The translations under genes and the position numbers were made by a program. From assembly GCA_964016885.1 (NCBI GenBank), contig OZ024745.1, forward strand, positions 120,280,001 to 120,344,000: a DNA stretch of 64,000 bases. Reading direction: 5' to 3'. Source of the DNA: Eledone cirrhosa (lineage: Eukaryota). The notes below the pieces were generated by a model. The model was not told the origin of the DNA. It ran no database searches and was given only the letters and a program-made list of their open reading frames with translations. Positions 41,858-55,010 of the stretch are shown here, piece after piece. The first letter of the stretch is position 1; each line of letters begins with the position of its first letter.

Positions 41858-42686
41858 TTATTAAAATAACAGATTAAAGTTTAAGCAAAGGATCGCTGCT
41901 TTCACCCTTAACGGGATCTTCTGAAACTAACAAAGTCAATCTGTGAACGCAGAAGTGAATATTTCAAAAATCGTTGCAACCGGAGTAAGACAGGTAGACG
42001 ATACTTTGGTTCGTGGAAACGTTCCCTAGCAGAGAACGGGAAAAAACGAATATATTACGTCATTAATAGGAGCAGTGAAAAACAATTACGCGCAAAGACA
42101 AAACCACGCTTATGGTATAAAAGAAGTCGTAGACTTCTATTAGGTGGTTCATAGAGACGTTCTCTGGCAATGAAAGGAAAAAACGAAGAAAATACGTCAT
42201 ACGTGGAGCGGGGAGAACAAATGCACGCAAATACAAAACCACGTAAATGGTATAACTGAAGTCGTAGACTAAAATTATATTTAGGAAACCGAATGATTCT
42301 AGGCTTCAGAGTTAAGAATAATGTAAATAAATTAGAATGGTAATTGAAATCGACAAAAATTAAATATATGCATGCACGCATCCATATACGTACATACACA
42401 TGCACACGCGAAAACACCCGCCACGGGTATGCAAATACAAGCAGGTACACAAAAAACACGCACGCACATACATAATCCAGGCAACGCCTGTACCCGCATA
42501 CATACGAACGTATACACCAAACACACATAAAAATATATATATATATGTGTGTGTGTGTGCGTGTATACATATAATTATTTAAACGTATATAAATATACAC
42601 ACATAAATACGTATATAACGCGCGCAAACACATACCTACAAGTAAATACACATATGTTCGCAAAACTACGTCAACCAAAACACAAC
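41855..42686 (-). mobile_element. 3' UTR fragment of the 33.8-37 kb PLE
   Basis: Reverse complement of about 36210-37040. Confidence 0.9.
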
Positions 42687-43511
42687 CGCCACCGCGAAGG
42701 GGCCGCTTACGGTTATCTGTCGGAAATTTCTTCATAGGAGCCTTTATTCTTATAGCTTGGTCTAATTGATTTTTTATATGGTTAATTATGCTAATTGGGA
42801 GAGGAAATGCTATATATTTTATCTAATAATTCAAAGGACATGATTTATGATATATTGCTCTGATTATTTAATTTATTAATTCTTCATAGAGCCACATCGT
42901 GACCGGTTGTAACATATATATCTATGACTTTATGTATATGTAAACCTTTATATTTAATAATCTCCCGTTAGGTTGAGATACAATTGGGCGATATTTGGCT
43001 GCGCTTTCTAGCAGCAAGCCTACCCGCCGTAAGCAACTAATCACATTCTTTCTAACTTGACCACTGCCACGTCACGATTCTTAGCCATTTTGAATCTATT
43101 TTTGGCGCGATCACTTTGGAAAACTAAATATCTAATTTTGAGTTTGTCTCCTGATGAATACGATACTCTGGACATATCCTGTTAATTGGATGTCTAAAAA
43201 TACGGATGAAGCCATAATAGAGATATAATTACGGTATGTACACATTTCTTCTAAGTTTGAATTTACACCTAATTGTGTATGGTTGATGGTATATTTAGTC
43301 AGTTTCTACATGCTGTTAAAATGTTGGATAAATACTCTATTGGGGCCACCGCGAAGAGGCCGCTTTCGGTTATTTGTCGGAAATTTCTTCATAGGAGCCT
43401 TTATTCTTATAGCTTGGTCTAATTGATTTTTTTATATGGTTAATTATGCTAATTGTGAGAGGAAATGGTATATATTTTATCTAATAATTCTAAGGACATG
43501 ATTTATGATAT
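42687..43511 (+). mobile_element. About 658-bp unit with 165-bp terminal direct repeat (pseudo-LTR-like) and degenerate HHR
   Basis: gccaccgcgaag...ggacatgatttatgatata at 42687-42853 and 43345-43511; internal tctc-CTGATGA...GAAG..TA-gaga at about 43147-43224. Confidence 0.65.
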
Positions 43512-43771
43512 ATATATATATATATATACACGGGTGTGTATGATTATGTATAGAAGATTATATTAATAAAAGGAATTCCAACTTTGTCGGATTTACTCGT
43601 TTTATTTACAAACCTTTTAAATTATAATGATATTATAATGAAATAGTATGGTATAATATGGTATAAATGTTAAGTGTTAATTGAACAAGTACTTTCATGC
43701 TTTCGCAATTTTCAGGTTCATATTCACTGGTGACAGTCAAGTTTGCAATTTTCACAGTCGAAAATTACAAA

Positions 43772-43957
43772 CACCGTATTTCCCTGCATTGAAGACGCTA
43801 TCTTTTTCCTAAAATAAGTCTCAAAAATCTACCACGCGTCCTGGAGGCCGAAGGTTGTTTATTATTTTAAAGTTTGTTTATTATTTCAAATATTTGATTG
43901 TTAAAATTAGGGTGCGTCCTCGATAACGAAGCGTCTTCGGCACCGGGAAATATGGTA
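43772..43957. mobile_element. Tc1/mariner (pogo/Tigger-like) MITE
   Basis: Imperfect TIRs ccgtatttccc..gaagacgc / gcgtcttc..gggaaatatgg-ta. Confidence 0.65.
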
Positions 43958-43989
43958 TATACCCCCCCCCTCTCTCTCTCACTCTCTCT

Positions 43990-44033
<44 letters not shown>

Positions 44034-44037
<4 letters not shown>

Positions 44038-44646
44038 TGGCTGCCAACTCGTTTTCGAGTACGGCCACTACTTTATATCCATGTAGGAGAACCCCTACCG
44101 ATGCGCTGAACGAGTGTGACTTTTTAGTCCAGCCAGCGACTTGAAAACTCTGGTACAAACACTACACTTGTAACAATTATTGACCCATAGTGCTGGGCCC
44201 ATGGTACCATGTGACGGCAAGTGCAGAGAGATCTCCAGATATAAAGCAATGCCTGTGCCGTGAAGCTTTTATAGTGAGCAAAGGCACTGCACAAAGCCAG
44301 TCCCACTCTCTTAATCAAGATGATATTTACCAAAAAGAAGAACAAGTCAACATCATTGGATACCATCAGGGTTGCAGGTGTTATATCAGAGTTTTCCTTC
44401 TCCTAGAATTCTGCCTTGACAAAGGCTAAGGGGTCATCTCTCCCAGTGATTTTGGATGGCCATTGACTCTTAAGAGCTCCTTTTCCCTTTGACAGGTTTT
44501 GTTTTTAGTCCTGCAGGATGTCCAAAGTCACCCTCCTCACCAAGAAACCTTGGTGAGGTTGCCAGTTTAGTCGCCAACGACCCGACCATGAGACAGGTTG
44601 TACTGGGATACATGTTACCAGTAGCACCAAGTGGTGACCTGACATA
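44034..44646 (-). mobile_element. Dispersed repeat, probable LINE 5' region
   Basis: 44034-44210 duplicates 39384-39560; 44380-44646 is the inverse of 27144-27400 and 50545-50735. Confidence 0.6.
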
Positions 44647-44656
44647 TATATATACA

Positions 44657-44805
<149 letters not shown>

Positions 44806-44899
44806 CTTTTCTGAATCTGAAAACGCGTGTATTTCTTTATCTGAAAACGTGTGTTGAAACCGATATTGTTATGCTTTGGGAGGGTCATGTTGCCAATAA

Positions 44900-47095
44900 G
44901 AAACACATGCACCAGTTGCTTTCACTCTAATTTATTATAAATTAAATTTATAAATTTCCGGTTGGTTGGTTGGTTCCAAAACCGGACGGTTGTTCATATA
45001 TTGTCAAATTTCTTTCGTCACACATTCTGTGACCTCTTCAGTGACTGAGGATTCTTTTCTTTGTTTTGTGCCTCTCCTTTGTTCTGTCCTACGCCATCTT
45101 GTTTTTGTGTGTGTTGTGTGCTTAGTTTGCGCATGTGTTACATCCGGGTGTCTGTGTGTGTTTTTTTATTTGTTTATTTATTTGTTTATTTATTTGTTTA
45201 TTTATATGTTATTGGTTGATTGTTTGTTTTATGTGTGTGTGTGTTTTCATTTTGTCCTTAATTGTAAGTTGTGATGTTGCTATTCCATTCATGTTTTCTA
45301 TTTAATTTTGGTTGGAGTTCATTTATATTTATTGCCTCTGTGATTTGTCTAAACATTGTGTCTTTTCTGTGTGTAGATTCTATTTTTATTTCTATTTTCT
45401 CTAATTTGCCCTTATGTTCTATTTTAGCATGTTAGTGGAGTATTGATGATTCTTTTTTTATCTTGAAGTTCTCGCCAGTGTTCATTTAACGGTTCTCCTA
45501 TACTACGAGCTGTCTCACCTATGTACACTATATTCTTATCTTTACATTGTCCTTCAGTACATCTTATGCTATATACTACATTTCTAGTTTTACACTTAAT
45601 ATGAGGGCTTAGTTTACAGATTATGCATTTCTTACCTATACAGGGAGGTATTTGAAAAGAGTATGTATTGCTAATAAGTGTTTTTATGGAGGTACCTGGT
45701 CTTTCTACTATCTTAATATTAAGTTTATGTTTATCTAGGGCCCTTCTAAATTTGTAAGCTAATTCACCTCTAGGGGTTGTATTGATGAACATTACACTCT
45801 CGTATTTATTGCTATCATACCATGAGTTTATTCTATTAACCTTATTCCTAGTTCTTTCTATTCTATTCCAAAATGTGCCCCTATACAAGGGGCCGGTCCC
45901 ATTTGTATCATTATTTACCATTTTTTCCCATTTGGTTCTGGCTCCTCTATATACCCTGATTTTATCTCTCTGATTGTAACCAGAGAACTGCATACGGTGG
46001 ATGAAGTGTTGTATGTGCCTCTCTAGTTCTTTGGGGTTGCACATGCGGGACACATTTCTCATCACCCGTACCAAATCCGCAATCAGTATGTTGATTTTGG
46101 TGTGATCCGAAACAGCTGAGTTTCGGTGGATCAGATATTTGGAAGTCATGGGTTTGGCATAATGGGAATGGAAGATTTGTTTTTTGTTATTAATTGTTTC
46201 TAACCAGAGCTCTGTGTCTAGTACAGGTAATCGATGGTTGAGTGTTTGCTTGAGTAGTCTATAGTAGCTCTAATACTCTGGTGGATGGAGTTAGCTATTT
46301 TCTGGATGCTTTCCATGGTGTTTTTCTCTAATTCCTGACTGTTCTCTAGTGGGGGTGTTTTTACTACGATGTTTATATCATCAACATAGCGGGAGTACAT
46401 TATCAGGGTTAAGAGGTTGCTGTCTTCTAATTGTTCTTTAAGTTTAAGTTTAAGTTTATTGTCCCACCATACCATGAATAGGTTAGCTATGTCACCTGCA
46501 ATGCTAACACCAATGGCTGCTCCCTCCTCTTGGGCATATGTTTTTCCATTAAATTTGAACATATGTTCCTTAAGGGTTAATTTTATACTGGCCCTCACCG
46601 CATTTGCAATCATTTTCTTTAGTTCATCGTGGTTTTCGGGGGTCCGTATTGCTCTGGTCCACCCGTTCCATCTTTCTGTGTGGGTTTTCTTGGCCATTGA
46701 GGTAATGGTAAGTGGTCTGCCTCTTGCTGGTCTTGTAGGGCACAGGTTGCTAAGGTCATATGTATCTAGATAATCATTACTATAGGTAAGTTTAAGTACG
46801 AGTCCCAGCTCACTGGTATCAATCCCACGGAATTCAACATTGCTCTCACTAATCATTTCTACACATTTCTCCACAGCAAAATGCACGTCAATGGATGGAT
46901 ACATGGACACAACATTATACAGTCTGTTAGGTCCCTAGATCGGTTATTTTCGCTGATTCTGCTGAGAAGGTCTTCCGTGCTGTCACATATATCTAGGGAC
47001 ATTTCAATGATGGGGAGTATGATCAGGGAGAGGATGTAGGAAAGTCTGTAGTTACTAGCAATGTTAGTTCCACAGACTGTTCTGATTTTTTTAAC
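44900..47095 (-). mobile_element. Penelope-like retroelement of a different lineage (possibly Nematis-like), 5'-truncated and frameshifted
   Basis: ORF 46910-46218: SMYPSI, GAAIGVSIAGDIANLFM, YSRYVDDINI. ORF 46149-45424: CIIC..CKTRNVVYSIRC..YIGETARSIGE..NEH (GIY-YIG). HHR in the 3' UTR. Confidence 0.88.
45003..45045 (-). ncRNA. Minimal hammerhead ribozyme in the PLE 3' UTR
   Basis: Reverse complement: gtca-CTGAAGA-ggtcaca gaatg tgtgac-GAAA-gaaa-TT-tgac. Confidence 0.75.
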
Positions 47096-47218
47096 AAGTA
47101 TCGACTTGCTACACGCGTCTCGCTGATGATTGGCTCATGGTCAACTCTTGAAGCTATGGACCCGACTTAAGCCTCGATCTGCTCGTCAGATTCTTGAATA
47201 AACACAACCTCACATTAG

Positions 47219-47250
<32 letters not shown>

Positions 47251-47467
47251 CATATGCTTTCTCTCCTTATAGCCTCTTGGATTGTGTTTACCATTATTCC
47301 TTTATTATATAACTATTATGGAATAAAGACCTGATGATGTCACCAGGATCTTACGTAACCTAGCCACTGAAATGTACATAATGTTTGCTAAAATAAATCT
47401 TTGAAGGAATTTCATCAGTCCCGCCTCCTGTCGTTTTACTTAATAATATATATAGAGAGAGAGAGAG

Positions 47468-49591
47468 AGAAGTGTATCCGAAATGATAAAGGTGAGCTTG
47501 CCCTCACAAGTGCTAAGAAGAAAGATGCGTGGAAGAGCCATTATGATAGATTACTAAATAAGGAGAATGCATGGGAAGAAGAGACCCTACCACAAGTAGA
47601 CCCTATAGAGGGGCCAGCAGTATAAGTCAGCAGCAGCGTAGTAAGTAAGGCAATCAAAGATATGAAGACAGGGAAGGCAACCGGTCCATCGAGTATAGCT
47701 GACAATATGCTGAAGGCGTCTGGGTCGGTACGTCACACCATAACCACACGTATTGTTAACCAGGTAATACTAGAAGGTATCATACCAAAGGATTGGTGCA
47801 GCAGCATCATTGTCAACTGCTACAAAGGCAAAGGTGATGCACTAGATAGAGGAAACTACAGAGGTATAAAGCTGATGGACCAGGTCATGAATGTAACAGA
47901 AAGAGTTATAGCACAGTTGATTAGGGACCGGGTGAAACTAGATGAGATGCAATTTGGGTTTGTGCCAGGGAGAGGCACCACTGATGCCCTCTTCCTTATG
48001 AGGCAGTTACAGGAAAAGTACCTAGCTAAAAGTAAGCCACTCGACCTGGCATTCGTCGATCTCGAGAAAGCCTTTGACAGAGTTCCCCGTGCTACAATCT
48101 GGTGGGCTCTTATAAAACTAGGAGTAGATGAATGGCTTGTGAAAGCTGTACAAGCCATGTATAGGGGAGCAGTCAGCGAAGTTAGGATTAGCAATGAGTA
48201 TAGCGGGGAATTTAGCATACAGGTCGGTGTCCACCAGGGCTCCGTTGTTAGCCCTCTCATGTTCATCATAGTCCTGCAAGCAATAACGGAAGAGTTTAAG
48301 ACCGGATGCCCATGGGAACTCCTATATGCAGATGACCTCGCACTTATAGCTGAATCTATGGTAGAACTAGAGAAGAAATTCCAAACTTGGAAGCAGGGAC
48401 TAGAAAGAAAGGGTCTCAAAGTCAACCTGATAAAGACTAAGGTCCTTGTAAGTAGACGAGAAAACAGAACCCAGATCCCCTCAGGGAAATGGCCTTGCTC
48501 AGTATGTAGGAAAGGTGTAGGTAGGAACTCCATTCTCTGCCCCAAATGCAAACAATGGGTACACAAGAGATGTAGCGGGATCTCAGGAAGCTTAACTAAG
48601 TATGTAGGCTTCACATGTTGCAGCTGTGCTGGGACAGCAAGCAGCAAACAGCCACAGGAAACAAGTACCACAAAACTCTGGGAGGGCTCTATAGAAACAG
48701 TAGATAGCTTCTGCTACCTAGGTGACCGAATTAGCAGCGGAGGTGGGTGTTCGGAAAGTACAATAACTAGGGTAAGAACGGGATGGAAGAAGTTCAGGGA
48801 GCTACTGCCACTGCTAGCTGCAAAAGGCTTTTCCCTCAAAATGAAAGGCAGACTGTATGATGCGTGTATACGAACAGCAATGTTACATGGTAGTGAGACC
48901 TGGGTGCTGTCTGTGGAAGACTTGCGTAGATTAGAAACGAAGCCTGCATGATCCGATGGATGTGTAATAGTAATATACGCGAACGGCAAAGCATAAATGA
49001 ATTGAGAGAGAGACTGAGCATACGATGAATCAAATGCTGCGTGCAGGAGAGGAAGTTGCGTTGGTTTGGACATGTGATGCGTATGAAGGATGACAGCTGC
49101 ATAAAAAGGTGCAGAGCACTAGAAGTCGATGGAAACCGGAGTGGGGAGACCCAAGAAGACCTGGGATGAGGTGATAAAAGCCGACCTTACCCAATTACAC
49201 CTCTCAAAGGCGATGACACACGACCGTGATCTCTGACGTCACGCAGTAATACAGAAGACCCGACCCCCCACGGGTACAAGCCGAAGCTGAAGCATATAAA
49301 CAATATGCCCCCACACCCTCCCACTGCAAAGTGGTCGTGGAGGTGCCACGGCAAAAAAGCACCCAGCCCACACTGTAAAGTGGTTGTGTAGGTGCCACGG
49401 AAAAAGCACCCAGCACTCACTGTAAATGAGGTTGGTGTTAGGAAGGGCATCCAGCTGTAGAAATCAAGCCAGAATCAGTTCCCGTATGAGCAAGACAAGG
49501 TCAGCCGACCGGACACTGCCCACAACAGGACAACCCGTCTAACCCATGCTAGCGTGGAAGAACAGACGTAAAACGGTGATGATGACGATGA

Positions 49592-49595
<4 letters not shown>
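47468..49595 (+). mobile_element. RTE-clade LINE, 5'-truncated, with (GAT)n tail
   Basis: RT ORF, C-terminal LRWFGHVMR..GRP region, 3' UTR with a 50-bp tandem duplication, tail gatgatgacgatgatgat followed by (TA)n. Confidence 0.92.
47662..48951 (+). CDS. Non-LTR reverse transcriptase (RTE) with embedded PHD-like zinc finger
   Basis: NYRGIKL, QFGFVPGRGTTDA, FVDLEKAFDRV, GVHQGSVVSP, LLYADDL, FCYLGD; CSVC..CPKC..WVHKRC..CCSC insert. Upstream stop and downstream frameshift, so the copy is not autonomous. Confidence 0.85.
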   Translation: MKTGKATGPSSIADNMLKASGSVRHTITTRIVNQVILEGIIPKDWCSSIIVNCYKGKGDALDRGNYRGIKLMDQVMNVTERVIAQLIRDRVKLDEMQFGFVPGRGTTDALFLMRQLQEKYLAKSKPLDLAFVDLEKAFDRVPRATIWWALIKLGVDEWLVKAVQAMYRGAVSEVRISNEYSGEFSIQVGVHQGSVVSPLMFIIVLQAITEEFKTGCPWELLYADDLALIAESMVELEKKFQTWKQGLERKGLKVNLIKTKVLVSRRENRTQIPSGKWPCSVCRKGVGRNSILCPKCKQWVHKRCSGISGSLTKYVGFTCCSCAGTASSKQPQETSTTKLWEGSIETVDSFCYLGDRISSGGGCSESTITRVRTGWKKFRELLPLLAAKGFSLKMKGRLYDACIRTAMLHGSETWVLSVEDLRRLETKPA

Positions 49596-49625
<30 letters not shown>

Positions 49626-49899
49626 CAAAGGAATTGTGGTAAGGAACCAGATGGACCATAACACACCTGAGTACTCAATACTTAGGGTAGTAGAGTTGGA
49701 AATAGGAAACGGCTTGAGTTCCGCCGTCGGGGTCATACTTTTTCCTATATATATATATATATATATATCAAATTTATAGATATATGTATATATAGATAGA
49801 TAGAAAGAAACACAGTATTTTGTACACACACAAAAGACATATATATCTAGGAAGAATACGTACTTCAGATGCAAAAAGTTCTTATTCCTCATGACCATA

Positions 49900-50480
49900 T
49901 CATTTTTCGAGGAGAACCATAACTAAAAATAGCTCTAAGCAATCAATCATCGATCACTAACTATCGATTTTTGTTACGTTATGGGAGACGCGAATCAATC
50001 ACCAGAGGAATTACGTCAATTAAATAAATCAATTAGATATAGTTGCAATAATGTATATAATACAAAATACCTGTCTATATCTGGTATGGCTCACGAGCTA
50101 TCCCACCGCGAAAAGCAACATGGTGTAAGACCTTTTAACCGAAGGCTACAAATACAAACAAAACTAGACGTCATTTCCGTTAGAAAGAGTTGCGAAATTT
50201 TAGTCACAGCAGCTCAACAAATAAAGAATTTGAAGCTGTTATATACACATTAAAATATCATAACATCAACTGTCTGATATTTGTGCTTCTCAATGGAAAA
50301 GCTTAATAGACATAGAGTGAAATTCGGTTATTACTGTGCGAAAAATATGAAAGCCCACATCACGAACAATCCCAAGATCTCACATCCACGTGGATGCTCT
50401 TGTAGAAGGCCAGAAACCTTCCCCCTTCAACAACAGTGTAAAATACTTTCAATAGTCTATGAGGCTGAAGTTACAAATTA
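49900..50480 (+). pseudogene. Degenerate PLE linker/GIY-YIG fragment
   Basis: RVKFGYYCAKNMKAHIT...CSCRRPETFPLQQQCKILSIVYEAEV aligns to IKISYS..NLAHNIT...CNCRNR.DCPLSGKCLSSNIVYKCKV. Confidence 0.6.
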
Positions 50481-51019
50481 ATTGTTTCTACTTTTGGCAT
50501 AAGGCCAACACTTACCCCTGTGCATTATTGGTGCTTTATTTTACTGTCAGGTCACCCTTGAGTGCTACTAGTAGCATGTAACCCAGTACAACCTGTCGCA
50601 TAGTCGGGTCGTCGGTGATTAAACCGGCAACCCCACTAAGTTTATTTGGTGAGGAGGGTGATTTTGGACACCCTGCAGGATAAAAAACAAAACCTGACAA
50701 AGGGCGGAAGAACTCATAAGAATCAACGGCCATCTAAAAAAAAAGAAAAAATATCCTACCAAATCAATGGGTGGCAGTAGTTCCAGCTGAACGCATTGAA
50801 AGACTGGTGTAGTCGTTCTGAGAACAATGCGGCTTTGCAGATAATCAATGTAAATTGGCAATGGAACGGAACTCCCGCTCGAGTTAGAAGAGAACTATTG
50901 ACCTTCAGGAGAACCAGCGACTCCTGATTGTATTCAGCAACCGAAACAAATATGAAGTACACCAAATCCTAGGGGCAGCCCTGGTTCTTCTTATTTGCGA
51001 GTGTAAACTTGGCCAGATT

Positions 51020-51160
51020 AGATTAGATATTTTATCGACCCCGTAAGGATGAAATATGAAGTTACAAATTAATAATTGTTTCTACTTTTGGCACAAGGCC
51101 AGCAATCATACCAGTGTATTACTGGTACTTTATTTTATCGACCCCGTAAGTATGAAGGAT
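51020..51160 (-). mobile_element. Partial tRNA-SINE pieces
   Basis: Consensus 3' half. Confidence 0.7.
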
Positions 51161-51409
51161 TCGATACAGATTTTGAAATATGTTGAACTCTATAGTAGCT
51201 ATTGTGATCTTTACATTCGATTATGACAAAATAAAGGATTATAAGGGCAGGAACAAAAGCATCTACTTGAGTTCAGTTACGTCAAATGTTTTATTATTGG
51301 CGGTCATTTCTAAGAAAACACAGATAATATCGACTTCCTTTTATTTTAATGAATTTCTAGAAATGTATTCATATCAATGAGGTTTTGTTCGTTTGTTGTC
51401 TTTTTTGTC

Positions 51410-51413
51410 TGTT

Positions 51414-51462
<49 letters not shown>

Positions 51463-52270
51463 AAGAGAGAGAAAGTGTGTATATATGTATGTGTGTATAT
51501 GTATGTGTGTGTGTGTGCTTGTGTGTAAGGCAAAGTGTATATATATATATATATATGTGTGTGTGTACGTGTGTGTGTGTGTGTAAGAGAGAGAAAGTGT
51601 GTATATATGTATGTGTGTATATGTATGTGTGTGTGTGTGCTTGTGTGTAAGGGAAAGTGTATATATATATATATATGTGTGTGCGCGCTTCAGCAAGACA
51701 GAGAGAGAGTGTGTACGTGTGTGTGTGTGTGTGTGTGCTTGTGTAAGAAAGAGAGTGTGTATGTGTATGTCTGTGTGTGCTTGTGTAAGAGAGAGTGTGT
51801 ATGTGTATGTGTATATATGTATGTGTAAGAGGGAAGAGTGTATATGTATGTGTGTATATGTGTGTGTATCTGTGTGTACATGTATGTGTATACGTACGTA
51901 TCTGTTGTTATATGTGTTTGTATATCTGCGTGTTTCTATGAGTATATGTGTGTGTATATGTGTGTATATCTGTTGCTATATATGTGTGTATGTGTGTGTG
52001 TTTCTATGAGTATATGTGTGTGTATATATGTGTGTATATATGTTGCTATATGTTTGTATATGTGTGTGTATATGTGTGTATATCTGTTGCTATATATGTG
52101 TGTATATGTGTGTGTTTCTATGAGTATATGTGTGTGTATATATGTGTGTATATATGTTGCTATAATTTTGTATATGTGTGTGTATATGTGTGTATATGTG
52201 TGTGTTTCTATGAGTATATGGGTGTGTATGTCTGTATATACGTGTGCTATGTATGTATGTGTGTTTCTAT
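51410..52270. repeat. TG/TA-rich compound repeat with higher-order duplications of about 120 bp
   Basis: Recurring gtaagagagagaaagtgtgt and gtttctatgagtatatgtg blocks. Confidence 0.8.
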
Positions 52271-52393
52271 GCGGGTCGATACATTGTTTAAGTTCAATTT
52301 AAAATCCTTCAAAATCCTTTGTAAATTGATTTATTGAAAATACCTTTTCAACAAGACGTAGCTCGATAATAGAATTATAAGTGTATATAGCGT

Positions 52394-52706
52394 GTGTATA
52401 TATCATGTGTATATATGTTGGTGTATATATCGTGTGTATATATGTTGGTGTATATATCATGTGTATATATGTTGGTGTATATATCGTGTGTATATGTGTT
52501 GGTGTATATATCATATGTATATATGTTGGTGTATATATCGTGTGTATATGTGTTGGTGTATATATCATATGTATATATGTTGGTGTATATATCGTGTGTA
52601 TATGTGTTGGTGTATATATCGTGTGTATATGTGTTGGTGTATATATCGTGTGTATATGTGTTGGTGTATAGAAAGTGTGTATATGTGTTGGTGTATATAT
52701 CGTGTG
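52394..52706. repeat. 27-bp minisatellite (gtgtatatatcgtgtgtatatgtgttg), about 11-12 copies
   Basis: Direct observation. Confidence 0.92.
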
Positions 52707-52763
52707 TCAGTATAAGTGTGCATGATTATATGTATTATTAGACGTGCAGAGATTTATGTATGC

Positions 52764-53088
<325 letters not shown>

Positions 53089-53220
53089 TATATATGTGAA
53101 TATAGACATAGAATATTCGAAAATATTCTGTATGTTTATAATAAACATTTTGAAGACCTAATCGCTATAGAATAGAATACGTCACGTATTACAATTAGAT
53201 TCTCGATAAAAGCAAGGGAA

Positions 53221-53263
53221 GTAATCTACGCGTTTCATTCTTGTTAGAAATCATCAGGACTAC
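53221..53263 (-). ncRNA. Hammerhead ribozyme (first of 5 minus-strand copies, 310-bp spacing)
   Basis: Reverse complement: gtagtc-CTGATGA-tttct aaca agaat-GAAA-cgcg-TA-gattac. Confidence 0.85.
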
Positions 53264-54967
53264 ATATCCAGTGCTTTTATCGAGAATGACACAGCTAGAG
53301 ACTTATAGAATACTTAGCTGTGTACAGGAACTGGTTTGAAAGAGCGGTTGCCGGTCCGGCAGAAATTAGAAATTGGAATAAATGCTCTGAAATAGCGATA
53401 TATATGTGAATATAGACATAGAATATTCGAAAATATTCTGTATGTTTATAATAAACATTTTGAAGACCTAATCGCTATAGAATAGAATACGTCACGTATT
53501 ACAATTAGATTCTCGATAAAAGCAAGGGAAGTAATCTACGCGTTTCATTCTTGTTAGAAATCATCAGGACTACATATCCAGTGCTTTTATCGAGAATGAC
53601 ACAGCTAGAGACTTATAGAATACTTAGCTGTGTACAGGAACTGGTTTGAAAGAGCGGTTGCCGGTCCGGCAGAAATTAGAAATTGGAATAAATGCTCTGA
53701 AATAGCGATATATATGTGAATATAGACATAGAATATTCGAAAATATTCTGTATGTTTATAATAAACATTTTGAAGACCTAATCGCTATAGAATAGAATAC
53801 GTCACGTATTACAATTAGATTCTCGATAAAAGCAAGGGAAGTAATCTACGCGTTTCATTCTTGTTAGAAATCATCAGGACTACATATCCAGTGCTTTTAT
53901 CGAGAATGACACAGCTAGAGACTTATAGAATACTTAGCTGTGTACAGGAACTGGTTTGAAAGAGCGGTTGCCGGTCCGGCAGAAATTAGAAATTGGAATA
54001 AATGCTCTGAAATAGCGATATATATGTGAATATAGACATAGAATATTCGAAAATATTCTGTATGTTTATAATAAACATTTTGAAGACCTAATCGCTATAG
54101 AATAGAATACGTCACGTATTACAATTAGATTCTCGATAAAAGCAAGGGAAGTAATCTACGCGTTTCATTCTTGTTAGAAATCATCAGGACTACATATCCA
54201 GTGCTTTTATCGAGAATGACACAGCTAGAGACTTATAGAATACTTAGCTGTGTACAGGAACTGGTTTGAAAGAGCGGTTGCCGGTCCGGCAGAAATTAGA
54301 AATTGGAATAAATGCTCTGAAATAGCGATATATATGTGAATATAGACATAGAATATTCGAAAATATTCTGTATGTTTATAATAAACATTTTGAAGACCTA
54401 ATCGCTATAGAATAGAATACGTCACGTATTACAATTAGATTCTCGATAAAAGCAAGGGAAGTAATCTACGCGTTTCATTCTTGTTAGAAATCATCAGGAC
54501 TACATATCCAGTGCTTTTATCGAGAATGACACAGCTAGAGACTTATAGAATACTTAGCTGTGTACAGGAACTGGTTTGAAAGAGCGGTTGCCGGTCCGGC
54601 AGAAATTAGAAATTGGAATAAATGCTCTGAAATAGCGATATATATGTGAATATAGACATAGAATATTCGAAAATATTCTGTATGTTTATAATAAACATTT
54701 TGAAGACCTAATCGCTATAGAATAGAATACGTCACGTATTACAATTAGATTCTCGATAAAAGCAAGGGAAGTAGGTTTATTATAAACATACAGAATATTT
54801 TCGAATATTCTATGTCTATATTCACATATATATCGCTATTTCAGAGCATTTATTCCAATTTCTAATTTCTGCCGGACCGGCAACCGCTCTTTCAAACCAG
54901 TTCCTGTACACAGCTAAGTATTCTATAAGTCTCTAGCTGTGTCATTCTCGATAAAAGCACTGGATAT

Positions 54968-55010
54968 GTAGTCCTGATGATTTCTAACAAGAATGAAACG
55001 CGTAGATTAC
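54968..55010 (+). ncRNA. Hammerhead ribozyme (first of 8 plus-strand copies; last at 57138-57180)
   Basis: gtagtc-CTGATGA-tttct aaca agaat-GAAA-cgcg-TA-gattac; stem I extended by attctcgataaaagca/tgcttttatcgagaat. Confidence 0.85.

Noticed and set aside
47325-47386. CTGATGA...GAAA-tgtaca-TA hammerhead candidate
   Set aside because: Stems I and II are mostly mismatched; at best a decayed copy.
47856-48671. 271-aa minus-strand ORF
   Set aside because: Antisense shadow of the RTE RT frame.
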